DNA of 63,101 nt, filler included, from Hausera hauseri (taxonomy: Eukaryota), in NCBI GenBank assembly GCA_046269625.1. It is 12 parts of 12 records of this genome, joined end to end, with 100 filler letters (N's around TTAATTAATTAA, not from the genome) between each part and the next. Parts side by side here need not be neighbours in the genome. Positions count along the whole stretch, not along the records: positions 24,757 to 29,019 come from JBJURY010669551.1; positions 29,120 to 33,792 come from JBJURY010480798.1; positions 33,893 to 43,004 come from JBJURY010459911.1; 9 more parts are not named here. One strand, given 5' to 3'. The notes beneath the pieces were generated by a model, which saw nothing but the letters and a program-made list of their open reading frames with translations, was not told the DNA's origin and searched no databases. Position 1 is the stretch's first letter, and each line of letters opens with the position of its first letter. Shown in pieces: positions 27,162 through 39,076 of this stretch. The translations under genes were made by a program, and so were the position numbers.

Positions 27162-28585
27162 ATGTCAAATTTTCCCCATTTTAATCACAAAACATTTCCC
27201 GAATCAAAGCCATTCTCAACACAAAATATCAATCCATTTGATCTACACAGTCCAGAATTGTATTCACCGGAAATTATTTATACTTTACTTTGTTCTACAC
27301 CAAAATCCAAAGTACAGTTCATTTTCATCTGTCGAAAATTATTTTTGAAATTTTTCATTAAGGAAAACTGTAAATATTATTCTGACAGTTTGGATTCGAG
27401 TTACGAAACAGAAAGTTTAGTTTCATTTGCATCCAGATCTTCATCAGAAAACAGCAACTGCGGCAGTTTGGTTTCTCAAATGTCAAACAATTCGTTGAGA
27501 CTTTCGTCAAAGGTGACATTTTAATTTGTTTATTTATTCATTTAAAATAATTTCAGATTCATAAAAAGTCAATTCCAATAGAGAGTTGTTCTCATACAGG
27601 ATATTTATTACCAATTGTTTCAGATAGTTCTTTGAACAATATTCTCATTCCACAAATCTCTGTCGAAACCTTAGTTAATCTTATTACAGGAAATCATCAG
27701 TTAAATAATAATGTCGTTATTTTTGACTGTCGTTTTCCTTACGAATATAATGGCGGACATATTGACAGTTCAATAAATGTATACACTTGCCAGCAATTAT
27801 TGAAAACTCTTTTCCCAATTCAATGCAAATCCGGTGAAGGAAAATTGGAAGAAAATATCAAAAGCATTACATCAAAATCTAAACTGAAGGTAGACAACAC
27901 AATATACATATTTTACTGTGAGTACAGTAGCTACAGAGGACCTAAATTGTGAGTCATTGTACTTATCGATTTGAATATAATTTGAAATAGCAGTATGAGT
28001 CATCGATCTGTTATCAATTATAACACATTTGTCATATTCCATGAAATTCGTATTCAGTGGAATATGATGAACGCTGAAATGTTGAAAAATTTGTAAACAA
28101 ATTTAGTGAGTTTATTTTCACAGAGCTCAATGTCTTCGTGGTCTTGACCGATTGGTAAATACTCCTGGCGGGAAATTATTCTTTCCTCACATTTACGTTA
28201 TGAACGGTGGCTACAGCGAATTTTATAAATATAATTCGGTGGAAATTCGATTTGTATACACATTGATAATGAAATCTTTTAGGAATTTTGTGTGCCAAAT
28301 GGATACGTCAGTATGAAACAAACTCCATATGATTTAAGAAATATTATGTCGCCAACACAAAAACCAGAATTTTCTCCATCAGACAACTCGAATTCGTACA
28401 GAAAAGAACAAGTTCAATATGAAACAGAAATGAGAAAAGCAGAAAAAGTTTATCAGAAATTATCAGTAAGCGAACCAAAGACTGTGATATTTTACAATTG
28501 TTTTCTTCACATCCTCTTATTGGATCTCATTAGATTATTGCACTATTTCTTTTCACGAAATTCTCAATTTGGTTTCGTTTTTTGA
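27162..28585 (+). CDS. cdc25: Cdc25/string-type phosphatase; introns 27312-27362 (probable), 27513-27556, 27949-28123, 28239-28282; 3' end uncertain
   Basis: DCRFPYEYNGGHI, FYCEYSSYRGP (CX5R), LRGLDR, IYVMNGGYSEF, FCVPNGYVSM. Confidence 0.92.
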
Positions 28586-29119
28586 ATATACATTTCACGC
28601 TATTGCTTTGTGTTTTTGAAAGTTTTAAATCATTATTTTTTGTAATTATTTTCTACTTACAAAAATATATTTGTTACGTAATTTGTTTGAATTTTTTGGA
28701 TGAATTTTCATGCTATGTTAATTTCTTTTAAATTATTTAATGAATATCTAAGAGACCTATCAAAAAAGTGTATATGAAATAAAATTTATTAAATTCGTTG
28801 GCTTTGTTATGTATTCACAAATTACCTACACGTAACAAGTTCATCACTCTATTTTTCAAACATGGAACAGCATCTTGCTGCTGAGCCTGAGTTTTCTACC
28901 CGTTCTACACGTTCAAACAATACAAAATTTTATACCGATTACACAATACGGGCTTCTAAATATTATGTCATTTGTACTTCTTCAATTTTCTATCTGGCAT
29001 ACAGAAATGAAATTTTCAANNNNNNNNNNNNNNNNNNNNNNNNNNNNNNNNNNNNNNNNNNNNTTAATTAATTAANNNNNNNNNNNNNNNNNNNNNNNNN
29101 NNNNNNNNNNNNNNNNNNN

Positions 29120-29430
29120 TGGACAGCAAAGAAAACAAATGAAGGGGTTTTACACGAAGCAGACGCAGAAAGAATGTTTATCAGTAAGATCACAAAGAGA
29201 CAGACATCTTTGACTGGCCATAAGAGAAGGTCTGAAGAACTTGGTCACCACAGGAAAAATACTAGGAAACAGAAGTAGTTGATGACAGAGAATGAAGTGT
29301 CTGGATGGTTTGCGTGAATGGCTCGGAAGTAACTAAAGAACAGAGATGATTGGAAACACCAGGAATCGCGTGAGTTGGAGATCAGCGACAACCTACGCTT
29401 CACAGTGTGTCACCTGATGATGATGAGACT
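29120..29430 (+). mobile_element. RTE-type LINE 3' end
   Basis: WT..TNE.V, GH.RR..L..LVTTGKI.G.R motifs; (TGA)n tail. Confidence 0.7.
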
Positions 29431-31399
29431 TGGTGATTTTAAATTCTGTCTGAATATGATTCCTTTTTTTCACTTCATTTTTATATTAAATAAAGTGGTT
29501 TTATTTTGTGTACTTATTTTGAATTCGCTTGTGTTCATTAATATCATAAATAAAAAAAAGACAATGCTGGTATTTTGTTTGTTTTAATTTTCGTTAGTGC
29601 AAATCAAATTTCTGTATTAAATATTGCGTTTGATAATGCCATTCTCTGTGACCTTTTTATCTCTTTCAGTCATTAAAAACAATGACATCTAGTGAAATAT
29701 TTAATATCGAGTACCGCACAGATTTATTAGTTTGAATAAGTAAAGTAAATTAAATTAGGGGGGGGGTGGTTTGGGAATGGGGGCAGGGGGTCGGCGGTTG
29801 TAATAGTTTTTGGTAAAGGGATCGGCGGTCGACAAAAGTTTGGGAAACCCAGCTCTAAACTAACTAAAACCATCATGCTCTCTATCTCATTGTGTTCAGT
29901 ATCAAAACTGCTGTAGAGTTTTTGAACAACCTGAATTTTCTTTCAATACCTCTGCATCTATTTCCCTTTGCTGCGTGTTCCAAATTTCCCTATCTCATAA
30001 TGAATTCAAAAAAGTATATGGCCAGTTTACTATACAGAACCTATTTTTCTTCTCATTACCTACTGATTTTAACTCATTTCATCATTTTCATGTATTTGTT
30101 TCAAGAATCACATTTCCTGGGCATCAGACTGTGTTAGTACTTGTTTTTTCTCTTGTGGATGATTTATTTCCATAAATCAGTACAGATTTCTAATTTGTAG
30201 TATCCAGTACTTATAATTTTGTCAATAAAAGCTACTTTACTTTTAGGATAATCCATTTTTCACCAGGATAAGGCACGGGATGTATTTGCACTTTAATTAT
30301 ATGCTCTGTTGTAATAGCAGATCTGTGTTATTTATTTATTTTTTTTTATTTTTTTTGAAAACCGAAATTGTCTTTAGGTAAACAAATGAAGGACAGGTCA
30401 TGAAGATAATAGTGATCAGGTAGACTAAGGCCAGAATACATATATTTAATGTTGGTGCATATTAGTGATTAGGGTTGATCATTGCTCATTGATTATAGCT
30501 TTCAATTTTCTATTGGTACTATATATGAAAATTCTTAATGAAACTTCAACACTTACAGCTAATGGTTAGGCAAGAGATATCCGAATTGACTCATGGGCCC
30601 CGGAAAGGCAAGTTGAAGACTATCGATGGGATAAGGAAAGATTGATATTTTTAGAATTAACGTGATGGATCACGTCCGTGAAGTTAATCTCTACGGTAAC
30701 CTGTTGGATGATCTGGATGATTTTAATTAATCATCGTGGGGTTTGGTGAGATCAGGAGTGGTAGCATCTTTCGGGAATACGCGGTTTCATTTGCTCAGTG
30801 GCTCAAACCTGTCCGTCCGCCTTGATCTCCCAAGTTCAATGTATGGATCCCAGAAGCCATCGACCGGTAACAAATCTCGACCGACTGGCTAAAATACATT
30901 GAGGGCCCTTGCTCGTGTTGGTGTGTGTAGTTTCCCAGCCTTACACAGCAAGTTCGTCCCTGCAGCAATCTTAGTGAAGGCACCAAAATGCATGACGTGA
31001 CGATCCCTTTGACAGAGCACATGAGCTCAGAACAGCTACCAAACATGTTTATGTCCAGGATACAGCGGTCATCGGGTGGCGGGGACTGCACAACGGTGAG
31101 CCCCACTGAGTTTGTAGGAAATGGAATGTGGGATAATTGACAGTGGGAAGGGGAGAAATCAGATACACGCCAGCAGAATCAATTTTGAGCTATCAGCTTA
31201 AATAAAATACTCCCAAGTGATTAGTGGTACAGTGCCCATCATGCCTTGCACATCCCGCGTGAGACAGAGCTAATCACAACTCCCCCCTCACCCTATTGAT
31301 GTCATGCCACTTACTGAAAAGAAATTTTACGAGCTCACGTCGCCTCGCACAAGGTCCACGCCAAGCAGGCTCCTCGGCTGCTCATGGTGTTAAGTATGT

Positions 31400-33792
31400 T
31401 ACTGAGTGAAACTTTAATATTTTGCAACATAATATAGATGGGATCAGACCCAAATTAACCAGAACTTACAAAACTTCTTACAGACAAAAACATCCATGTA
31501 GCACTACTATAGAAAACAGTTCTCAAGGATAAAGCTGTCAATATACCAGGCTACACGATGTACAAATGCCGATGTCGTGGGATCATGACGCTGGTAAGGA
31601 ATGATGTTCAAGCAGAGGTTGAAAGAATTTATACCAATGATGAAATCGACATCCAGCGAGTGAATGCTTGGGTAAATGACAGCGCACTCAAAATCTTCAA
31701 TGTCTATAGACAGAGAAACTTATGGAATCTCCTTCAATGAAACTAGTTTCAGAAAAACTATTATAGGGGGAGATTTTAATACCCATTCCCCACTCTGGGG
31801 ATATCAAGATACCAACAATTCAAGCCAGGCAAGAGAAGAATAATAGCTCCAACCTCACCATTCTCCAAAATAGAGATTCCCCTCCAACCCTCCTCCATAA
31901 GGCAAGTGGAACAAGCAGTCGACCAGACCTAACATTAGTGTCTTTAGCAGACCTAACCAATCATTATAAATGGAGGGTGCTGGAAGACATTGGAAGCGAT
32001 CACCTGCCCATGTTACTTACTGCCTTTCAGAATTAAAAAAAAAACAGAAAGCCGAAATGGAATTATGCAACAGCCAACTGGGTAGACTACAAAATCATAT
32101 CAGACCAATTTTTTAGTGAAATTGATATACATGCAAATGAAAGCATCAATGTTGTTAACGATGAAATCTCAAAGTTATACTGAAGTCAGCCAGCCAAAGA
32201 ATTCGCAAAGGCAACCGCAGAAATACAATGTTTTTTTTGGAATCGTCAGCTAGAACGTCTAGTGCACCTAAGACCCACGGCAAGAAAATAAGAACAACTA
32301 AATCCAAGTCCGGAAAGCAAAACTGCGTACAACCTTCACACCTCACAGGTCAAACTGGCAATTAGAACTGCAAAACTAGCATGCAAGAAAAAGTGTGATA
32401 ACTCAGTCCTCGGGAAAAATGGGAGGAAAGCATGGAAACACCTCGATGGCATGGCGGAATGCTCACGGAGGAAAACTCCAACAAAAATGCAGATCCCAAA
32501 AACACAGCCAACACTGACAAACAGAAAGCCCAGGCATTGAACAACTTCTTTGCTGAAGTCAACAAGAAATGTAGAACACCCAAGCTGGACAAAGCCACCA
32601 GAACTCTGACTAAACGCATAACGAAAACATAAAAAGCCAATAACATCACTTTCTATGAAGAATTCACTACATCTGAATTTAAGTCTAGTCTTAAAAAGAT
32701 GAAACTCAAAAAAGCACCAGGGCCAGACCACATCACCAATGAAATGCTGCTCAAACTTAGTAAAGACGGATCGCAGACAATCCTGAATTTTATCTACAAG
32801 ACATGGAGACAAGGCACTGTACCTACAAGATGGAAAACAGCCAACATCATACCCATCCTCAAAAAAAGACAAATCACTTGGTGAAATGGATTGCTACCGG
32901 TCTATCTCTCTACACCTGAGGAAAGTTGACCAGCTGATCCGTCTGGTACAAAACATCACTGATGCTTTTCAAAAGGAAAATCATGTTGCCGGCAGTCTTT
33001 GCGGATCTCAAGCAGGCATACGACACAGTGTGGAGAAATAGCCTCGTCTACAAGATGCCGAAGATGGGAGTGGAAGGAAGACTGTACAAGTGGGACAAAG
33101 ATTTTTTTTTTTTAACGAATCGAAACATTTGTACAACATATAGTGGAATAACATCAGGGAAAAAACGATAAAAGAAGTTCTTCCTCAAGGCTCAAGCCTA
33201 AGCTGCAACATTTTCCTCATCTTTATCAACGATCTGGCAAACTATATTAATGTACCCAAAGCCTTGTTTGCAGATAACCTAGTTGTATGGGCAGAAGGAA
33301 AATCACTGCCCCAACTCCAGAAAACAATTAAATCAAACACTAGCTGCACTAACAATCTATTGCAGTCTTTGGAAACTGGTAATGAATTCAAGCAAACGAG
33401 TGTACACACTTTTCACCCTCAGCACTCAGATAGCCGGGAAAGATTTACAATTAAAATTAGATGGCAACATCTTGGCAAACGAAAACAACCCTACTAACCT
33501 AGGAATTCAGCTTGACACTAAATGTACTTACAGAGTACATGTTGACACATTGGCCCCAGAAAGATTAAATCTTATAAAACGATTGGCAAGCACCAATTAG
33601 GGAGCCAGTTAGCACACACTACAACAACTATACCTGGGATATGTACGCTCTGTCATGGACAACTCCTTGCCATTGCAAGCGACTGCCAGTCAGACCCAGA
33701 GGAACAGGTTAGACGGCATCCAGAACCAAGCACTCAGATTAATTTGTGGAGGCCTGCGATCTACTCCAACAAATGCGTGTGAGATTTCTGCC
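31400..33792 (+). mobile_element. Non-LTR retrotransposon (I-group-like) APE endonuclease + RT, degenerate
   Basis: ILQHNIDG, GGDFNTHSPLWG, GSDHLP, KAPGPDHITNEML, DLKQAYDTVW, LPQGSSLS, LFADNL. Confidence 0.92.
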
Positions 33793-34563
33793 NNNNNNNN
33801 NNNNNNNNNNNNNNNNNNNNNNNNNNNNNNNNNNNNTTAATTAATTAANNNNNNNNNNNNNNNNNNNNNNNNNNNNNNNNNNNNNNNNNNNNCATTCACT
33901 TAAAACAATCTATAAACTATTATGATCATTTAGAAGATATTCTAATAAATTTTTTGATTAAATTATAACCGAAGAAATATTCTAAAATACAATCGGCGAA
34001 TAATGTTGCAATTTGATTTAATTCTGCGAAATTACGTAATGGGGTTACTGTGTAGCAGGTTGCACTATCGATTTCGGGAAGACCATAAATCAACAGTTCC
34101 CATTTTTATCTGTGTTGCGTTTAGTTTCAATCAATATGACATTAGATCGACATAGTTTTCTATTTGTTCGGGATAGTTGTTGGAATAAAATCTGTTCGTC
34201 GGACCACAATGAACCTATGTGGTTCTGGTAATGTTGGCTAATATTGGCTCTTCGAATTAATTCAATTTTACATTGAGACGAAATATGATTGTTGTCTGCT
34301 AAAATCGACTCCAAGAATTCAAGCGTTGAATTTAACCACTGTTTGAGATTTTTCACGATTATTTCTGAATTTACAGCTTTATCACTGTTATTTAATATTC
34401 TTTACTAATTCCTCAATAAATTGATGAATGGGTTTATTCTTAGACGTAATGAGGTTTATTAACCAAATCTGATTTTGGTGAAATAAGCAAATGATTCTAA
34501 ATAACAATTCAACTCTTTGACTAAGTTCTGGTTTTTTCTGAAGAATTTTTTTGTTATCCGAAT

Positions 34564-34711
34564 TGATAACGGAATACAAATTGGCATTCTCAAAGCGAAA
34601 ACTCGGGGCCTGTCTATGCGCCCGACGCGCCGGCAGCGGAAAACCGGCCGTGCCCAACCGAATGGGACGGAGTGCAACGATAGACACGGACACCACATCA
34701 CTCCCCCCCCG
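34564..34711 (-). promoter_or_regulatory. Polypurine tract and 3' LTR of element A (LTR starts TGTGGTG at 34697; far end uncertain)
   Basis: Minus strand GGGGGGGGAGTGA followed by TGT, downstream of the integrase. Confidence 0.7.
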
Positions 34712-35189
34712 TGGCAAAGTTGAAAGTACAAAGAACAAAAGATAGAGAGAAAAAAACGCAAAATGAAAAGTGTGTGTTAGTTGAGCGTAGTGTGTATAAG
34801 GCGTTGAATACCTTTGTCTGATTTTTCCCTAGTATATTGGCTGAATGTGACTCTGCGTATTGTGCGTTTGTGCAATGTGCCTGTTTGCAGAGATTAAGGT
34901 TTTGGAAAAAAATTAGTAGATTTTAGTGTAGATGTTGTGTCGTGCGCAGACGAAGAGGAAGATGAAGAAGGTGACGAAAACGGTGAAGAAAGAAGTGTGA
35001 TTGTTGAAGAATGAGGATTAAAGATATTGAGAAGCGTGTTAGGAGACGAAGGAGGGATGGAAGGTGTAGTGGCGGAAAAGGAGGAGAAGAAGAGGTTGGA
35101 GTAGAGATTGGAGTTGTGTTAAGTTAAGGAGTAGAAGAAGAAGATGAAACAGAAGGAGTGATAGTAATAGAAGGAGGAAGTGTAGGAAA

Positions 35190-38100
35190 TTATGAAGCAA
35201 GACTAGGCGCGAAAGAAGAAGGTGGAAATGGTGTAGCAGTAGGTGTAGTGATAACAGGTAGTGGAGGAGTAAGGAAAAAAGTTGAAGTGTCGGTTGGTAA
35301 GGTGTCATCGACGAAGAAAGCAGGCTTTAGATTAATGATGTGTACTGTGAAGTCTTTACCGTCTTTGGATATTATGGAGTTATGCGAGTTTAATTGTAAA
35401 AAATTGTAGTGACCCAGGTACCGTGGTTGAAAACCGCAAGGCGCTTGATTCTTCAGCCATACGAATTTAGCCGTGTATAAATCATCAGGTAGGTATGTTT
35501 TATCGTTATGGAGTAACCTGCAAAACGCGTCCTTGCTGACCTGGACGAAATGATTTTGTGCCGTCCGTTTCGTCTTGTCTGTGGGAGTGTCGTCTAGGGC
35601 GGTTAGTTCGAATAATGACCGGACAGGAGCTCCAAATAATGCTTCAGTAGGTGAGCATCCTGTAGAGTTGGACGGAGTGTTGTGCCAGCCAAGCAGAACG
35701 AACGGAAGAAGATTAGTCCAACTACTGTTGGACTCTGTAAAAATTCTTAGCGACGTTTTCAGTGTGAGGTGGAAGCGTTCTAGGAGGACATTCAATTAGG
35801 GATGATAAGGCGTTGTATGAATGTAATGAATCCCCAATCAATTAACAAGGGATTTAAACAGGTTGGATTCAAATTGTGGACCTTGGTCCATGATGATGAA
35901 ACTAGGTGATCCAAATCTGCTAATCCATGTGCGAATGAAAACGTCCGCTATGGTGTCGGTGTTTGTGCTCCGCAGATGGATGGCTTCTGGCCATCGAGAG
36001 GAACGGTCCATCATGGCGAGGATAAATTGATGACCGTTGTCAGGAGGAAGAGGTTTAGCGATGTCGATATACACCGACTCGAAACGCGATGTGCAGGGAA
36101 AGTGGAATAGTAGTAGCTTTAAATGCTTAGTAATTTTGTATTTTTGGCATGCCACACACTCCTTAATCCATGCCTGCAAATCAGAATGCATTGATGGCCA
36201 TGTTATTTGTCGATGGAGGTGAAGAAAAGTGGCTTTGGCACCAGGATAGTGTAGTGAGTGCACATGATGAAATGCTTGCCTGTGCAAGGAAGGTGCTAGA
36301 ATGATTACTGAATGACCTAATTTGGATGTGTTCAAAGCCACGCCGTCAATGATTGTGCAAGATTTAAAAGACTTAAGCATGTCTGGAGGTGGCTGCTTTT
36401 GTTGAAGTTGTTCTTGCGTAAAAATTGGAGAAAAACTTATCGAACTAACTGACCTTGACAAAAAATTAGCAACAAAATTGCTAACTCCGTTTATATGTTT
36501 AATATCGAAATTAAATGTCGACAAATATGATATTTGGCGTTCTTGGCGTGTGGAAGGGTGTTTCATGGTCATGATGTTAAATAAATGCTTATGATCAGTT
36601 TTCAGAGTGAAATGGCGAGCGACAAGTAGGTGTAAAAAATACTTTAGAGCGAGCACGATTGCCAATAGTTCTCGATCAAACGTGGAATATTTTGTTTCAG
36701 GTGTTGTTGGTTTGCGAGAAAAGAATTCCAAGGGTGGATTTTCTCCATTGTAGATCTGAAGAAGTACAGCGCCTACAGCAGTGGTTGACGCATCTGTGGT
36801 GAGGATGAGCTCTGCATCAGGCATGGGAAAGGCAAGAATATCAACAGTTTTAAGGCCTTCACGTAGCCTGTCGAATTTGTCAACCAATTCAGGTGTCCAC
36901 TGAATTGGTTGATGTTTTTTACCGCCGCTTAGGTGTTTGAACGGAGCCGTTAATTCTGAGCAGTACGGGACGTATTTATGCACAAAATGTAATGTGCCAA
37001 GTAAGCTACGCATTTCGGTGGTTGTACATGGCAAATGTATGTTTTTAAGGGCTTCGACTCGGTCTGATTGTGGAGATTGACCGTCTGGTGTGATGACGTG
37101 ACCTAAGAAATTAATGCGTCTCTTGAAAAAGTTGCATTTGTCGAAGTTAATCTGTAGGTTATGGTGGTGAAGGCGTTGGAATATTGCGCGAAGGTGTTCT
37201 TCGTGCTGTTTGGTTGAAGATGAAACGACTAGAATATCGTCTATATAAGGGTGTGCAAACGAGAAATTTTCAAGGATTGAATCGATGTACCTCTGAAAAG
37301 TTTGTGCAGCATTCCCTAAACCGAATGGCATAAAGAGGTATTCGTAGAGGCCAAAAGGAGTAGTTACTGCGGTTTTTTCGATATCTTTAGGTGCTACCGG
37401 TATCTGATGGTAGGCTTTAGCAAAATCTATGGTCGAATAGATGGTGGTGGAGTTAAGGCAAAGTAGGATATCCTTGATGAGTGGCAAAGGATACGCGTCC
37501 ATGATTGTCAGGTTGTTAAGCTGTCGGTTGTCACCGCATGGTCCGAAGGTACCGTCCTTTTTTTGAACAACATGTAATGGTGATGACCAAGGAGATTGGA
37601 ACGGCATACTATGCCAAAACGTTCTAGCTCGAGAAATTCGGCTTCTACAGCCGGTCTACGGCGAGATGACAGAGGCCGTACCTTTTGGCGTATTGGACGT
37701 TTATGCTGTGTTACTATATGGTGTAAAGTGCTGTTGGCAGGAGTGAAAGTATGGTCTTTTTTAAGGACGCGTGGACATGATTTGTTGATAAATTGCTGTA
37801 TCGTTGCATGTAGCTGTGAGAGATTTGGTGAAGGTGGTGAAATGGCTTAAGTGGTAGCAAATGCAATTCGTGAGTTGTTAGGCGATGTGCAGTCAAGTGG
37901 TATTTGGTGTAATATGGTTCAATTGAAGATGGCTTTGGATGAAGTTACTTCGCTGAATGGAACAGTGTTGGTGTGAATACCACACTTATCGACATCAAAT
38001 TTCGATCGCATATCAATGTTATTGTTTAAAAATTTCCGAACTGAATTATTATTGTGAAAATTCAAATTATTGTTATAAAAAATCGAATTATTCGCTGACT

Positions 38101-38500
38101 TTTTTAAGATAGACTTCCGTATTCCGGTCGACCGCGCGTAAGTCGAAATACTATTAATATGTCCAGAAATGTCGCCAACGGTGCCTCTCCTCAAACATCG
38201 TTAAGTGTAGTCCACCAGTAGATTGTAATATGAGAGAAAGTCAGATCCAAGGATTGCCGACTGGACGTTAGCGACTGTGAACGTCCAGCGGAAAGGCGCA
38301 GAGAAATCGGGCAAAGTGTAAGATAGTGTAGACGTACCCGAGATGTACAGCGTCTGGCCTGAAGCAGTATATAAAGGCTTAAGTTTGAATGGAGAATTTT
38401 GTGTAGGAAAGGTTTGCGGTAATAGAGAAATTGCTGCCCCTGTGTCTATGAGAAAGTGAACAGATTGAGTCATAAGGGCAGTGATTGCTGCCTTTAGCGT
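35190..38500 (-). mobile_element. Element A pol: protease, spacer, RT, RNase H, integrase (589-aa intact core 35838-37607)
   Basis: FLIDTGAAISLLP, SPWSSPLHVV, PYIDDIL, LTTDAS, TDHK, DQGPQFES. Confidence 0.97.
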
Positions 38501-38583
38501 GAAAACTGCGAAAGAGGTGTGTCGGCGTTCCGAATGTGAAAGAGTGCCCTCGCCAGAGTTTGCCGTGACTTTTGGCGGCGAAC

Positions 38584-38860
38584 TTAGTTTTTTGGAAAAA
38601 ATGAACTGGGACGACTGTGAGAAATGAAGGTAGTACGTCCGTTGTTCGTGTTAGATTTGAATGTACAGTCAGGTATACATTTACGTGCTTGATTTTTGAA
38701 TCTTGCAGGGTAAATGCAAACAACGGTGTCGGAGGAAAACTCCTTATCATAAAATTGGCATCCCAGGCAGCACCTCTGAGCATTAGCGTTGAATCTGCTG
38801 TGATAATAGCTGATCGACGAACGCGCTGGTGATGGTGAGCGGTTTTGTGACGTAGATAAT
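38584..38860 (-). mobile_element. Element A Gag C-terminus with two CHCC knuckles; capsid region missing
   Basis: SYYHSRFNANAQRCCLGC..VCIYPARFKNQARKCIPDC; AAAAAAC slippery site at 38587-38593. Confidence 0.8.
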
Positions 38861-38864
38861 TCAT

Positions 38865-39074
38865 TCCACCGCGGATACGGAGATGCACGTTGAAGCAAGC
38901 GTGATTGGAAAAGGAATGTACAATTTCATTAAGGTGTATAATAGCGCCGTTTAGAGTGAGATAGGAATCTGAGGAACCAAGGAAAGAAGAAATGCGGGTC
39001 CGAAGGGTGGGGATGTGTGGGTGTGTTCTGTGGAGGGCATATACGTGTTTGTTGTTATAAAAAAAGAAAATGGA
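38865..39074 (-). CDS. Ubiquitin-like domain of element A (ends LRIRGG|M)
   Basis: SIFFF..TLRTRISSFLG..YLTLNGAII..CFNVHLRIRGG aligns with ubiquitin (QIFV..NVKAKIQDKEG..RLIFAGKQL..TLHLVLRLRGG); ~70 aa. Confidence 0.8.
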
Positions 39075-39076
39075 GG

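Noticed and set aside
30780-31400. Possible HDV-like ribozyme or RNA gene upstream of the LINE
   Set aside because: No nested pseudoknot could be built by eye; it needs an Infernal/RNArobo search.
35039-35308. Leu/His-rich ORF
   Set aside because: Alternative frame of the low-complexity S/T/P tail after integrase.
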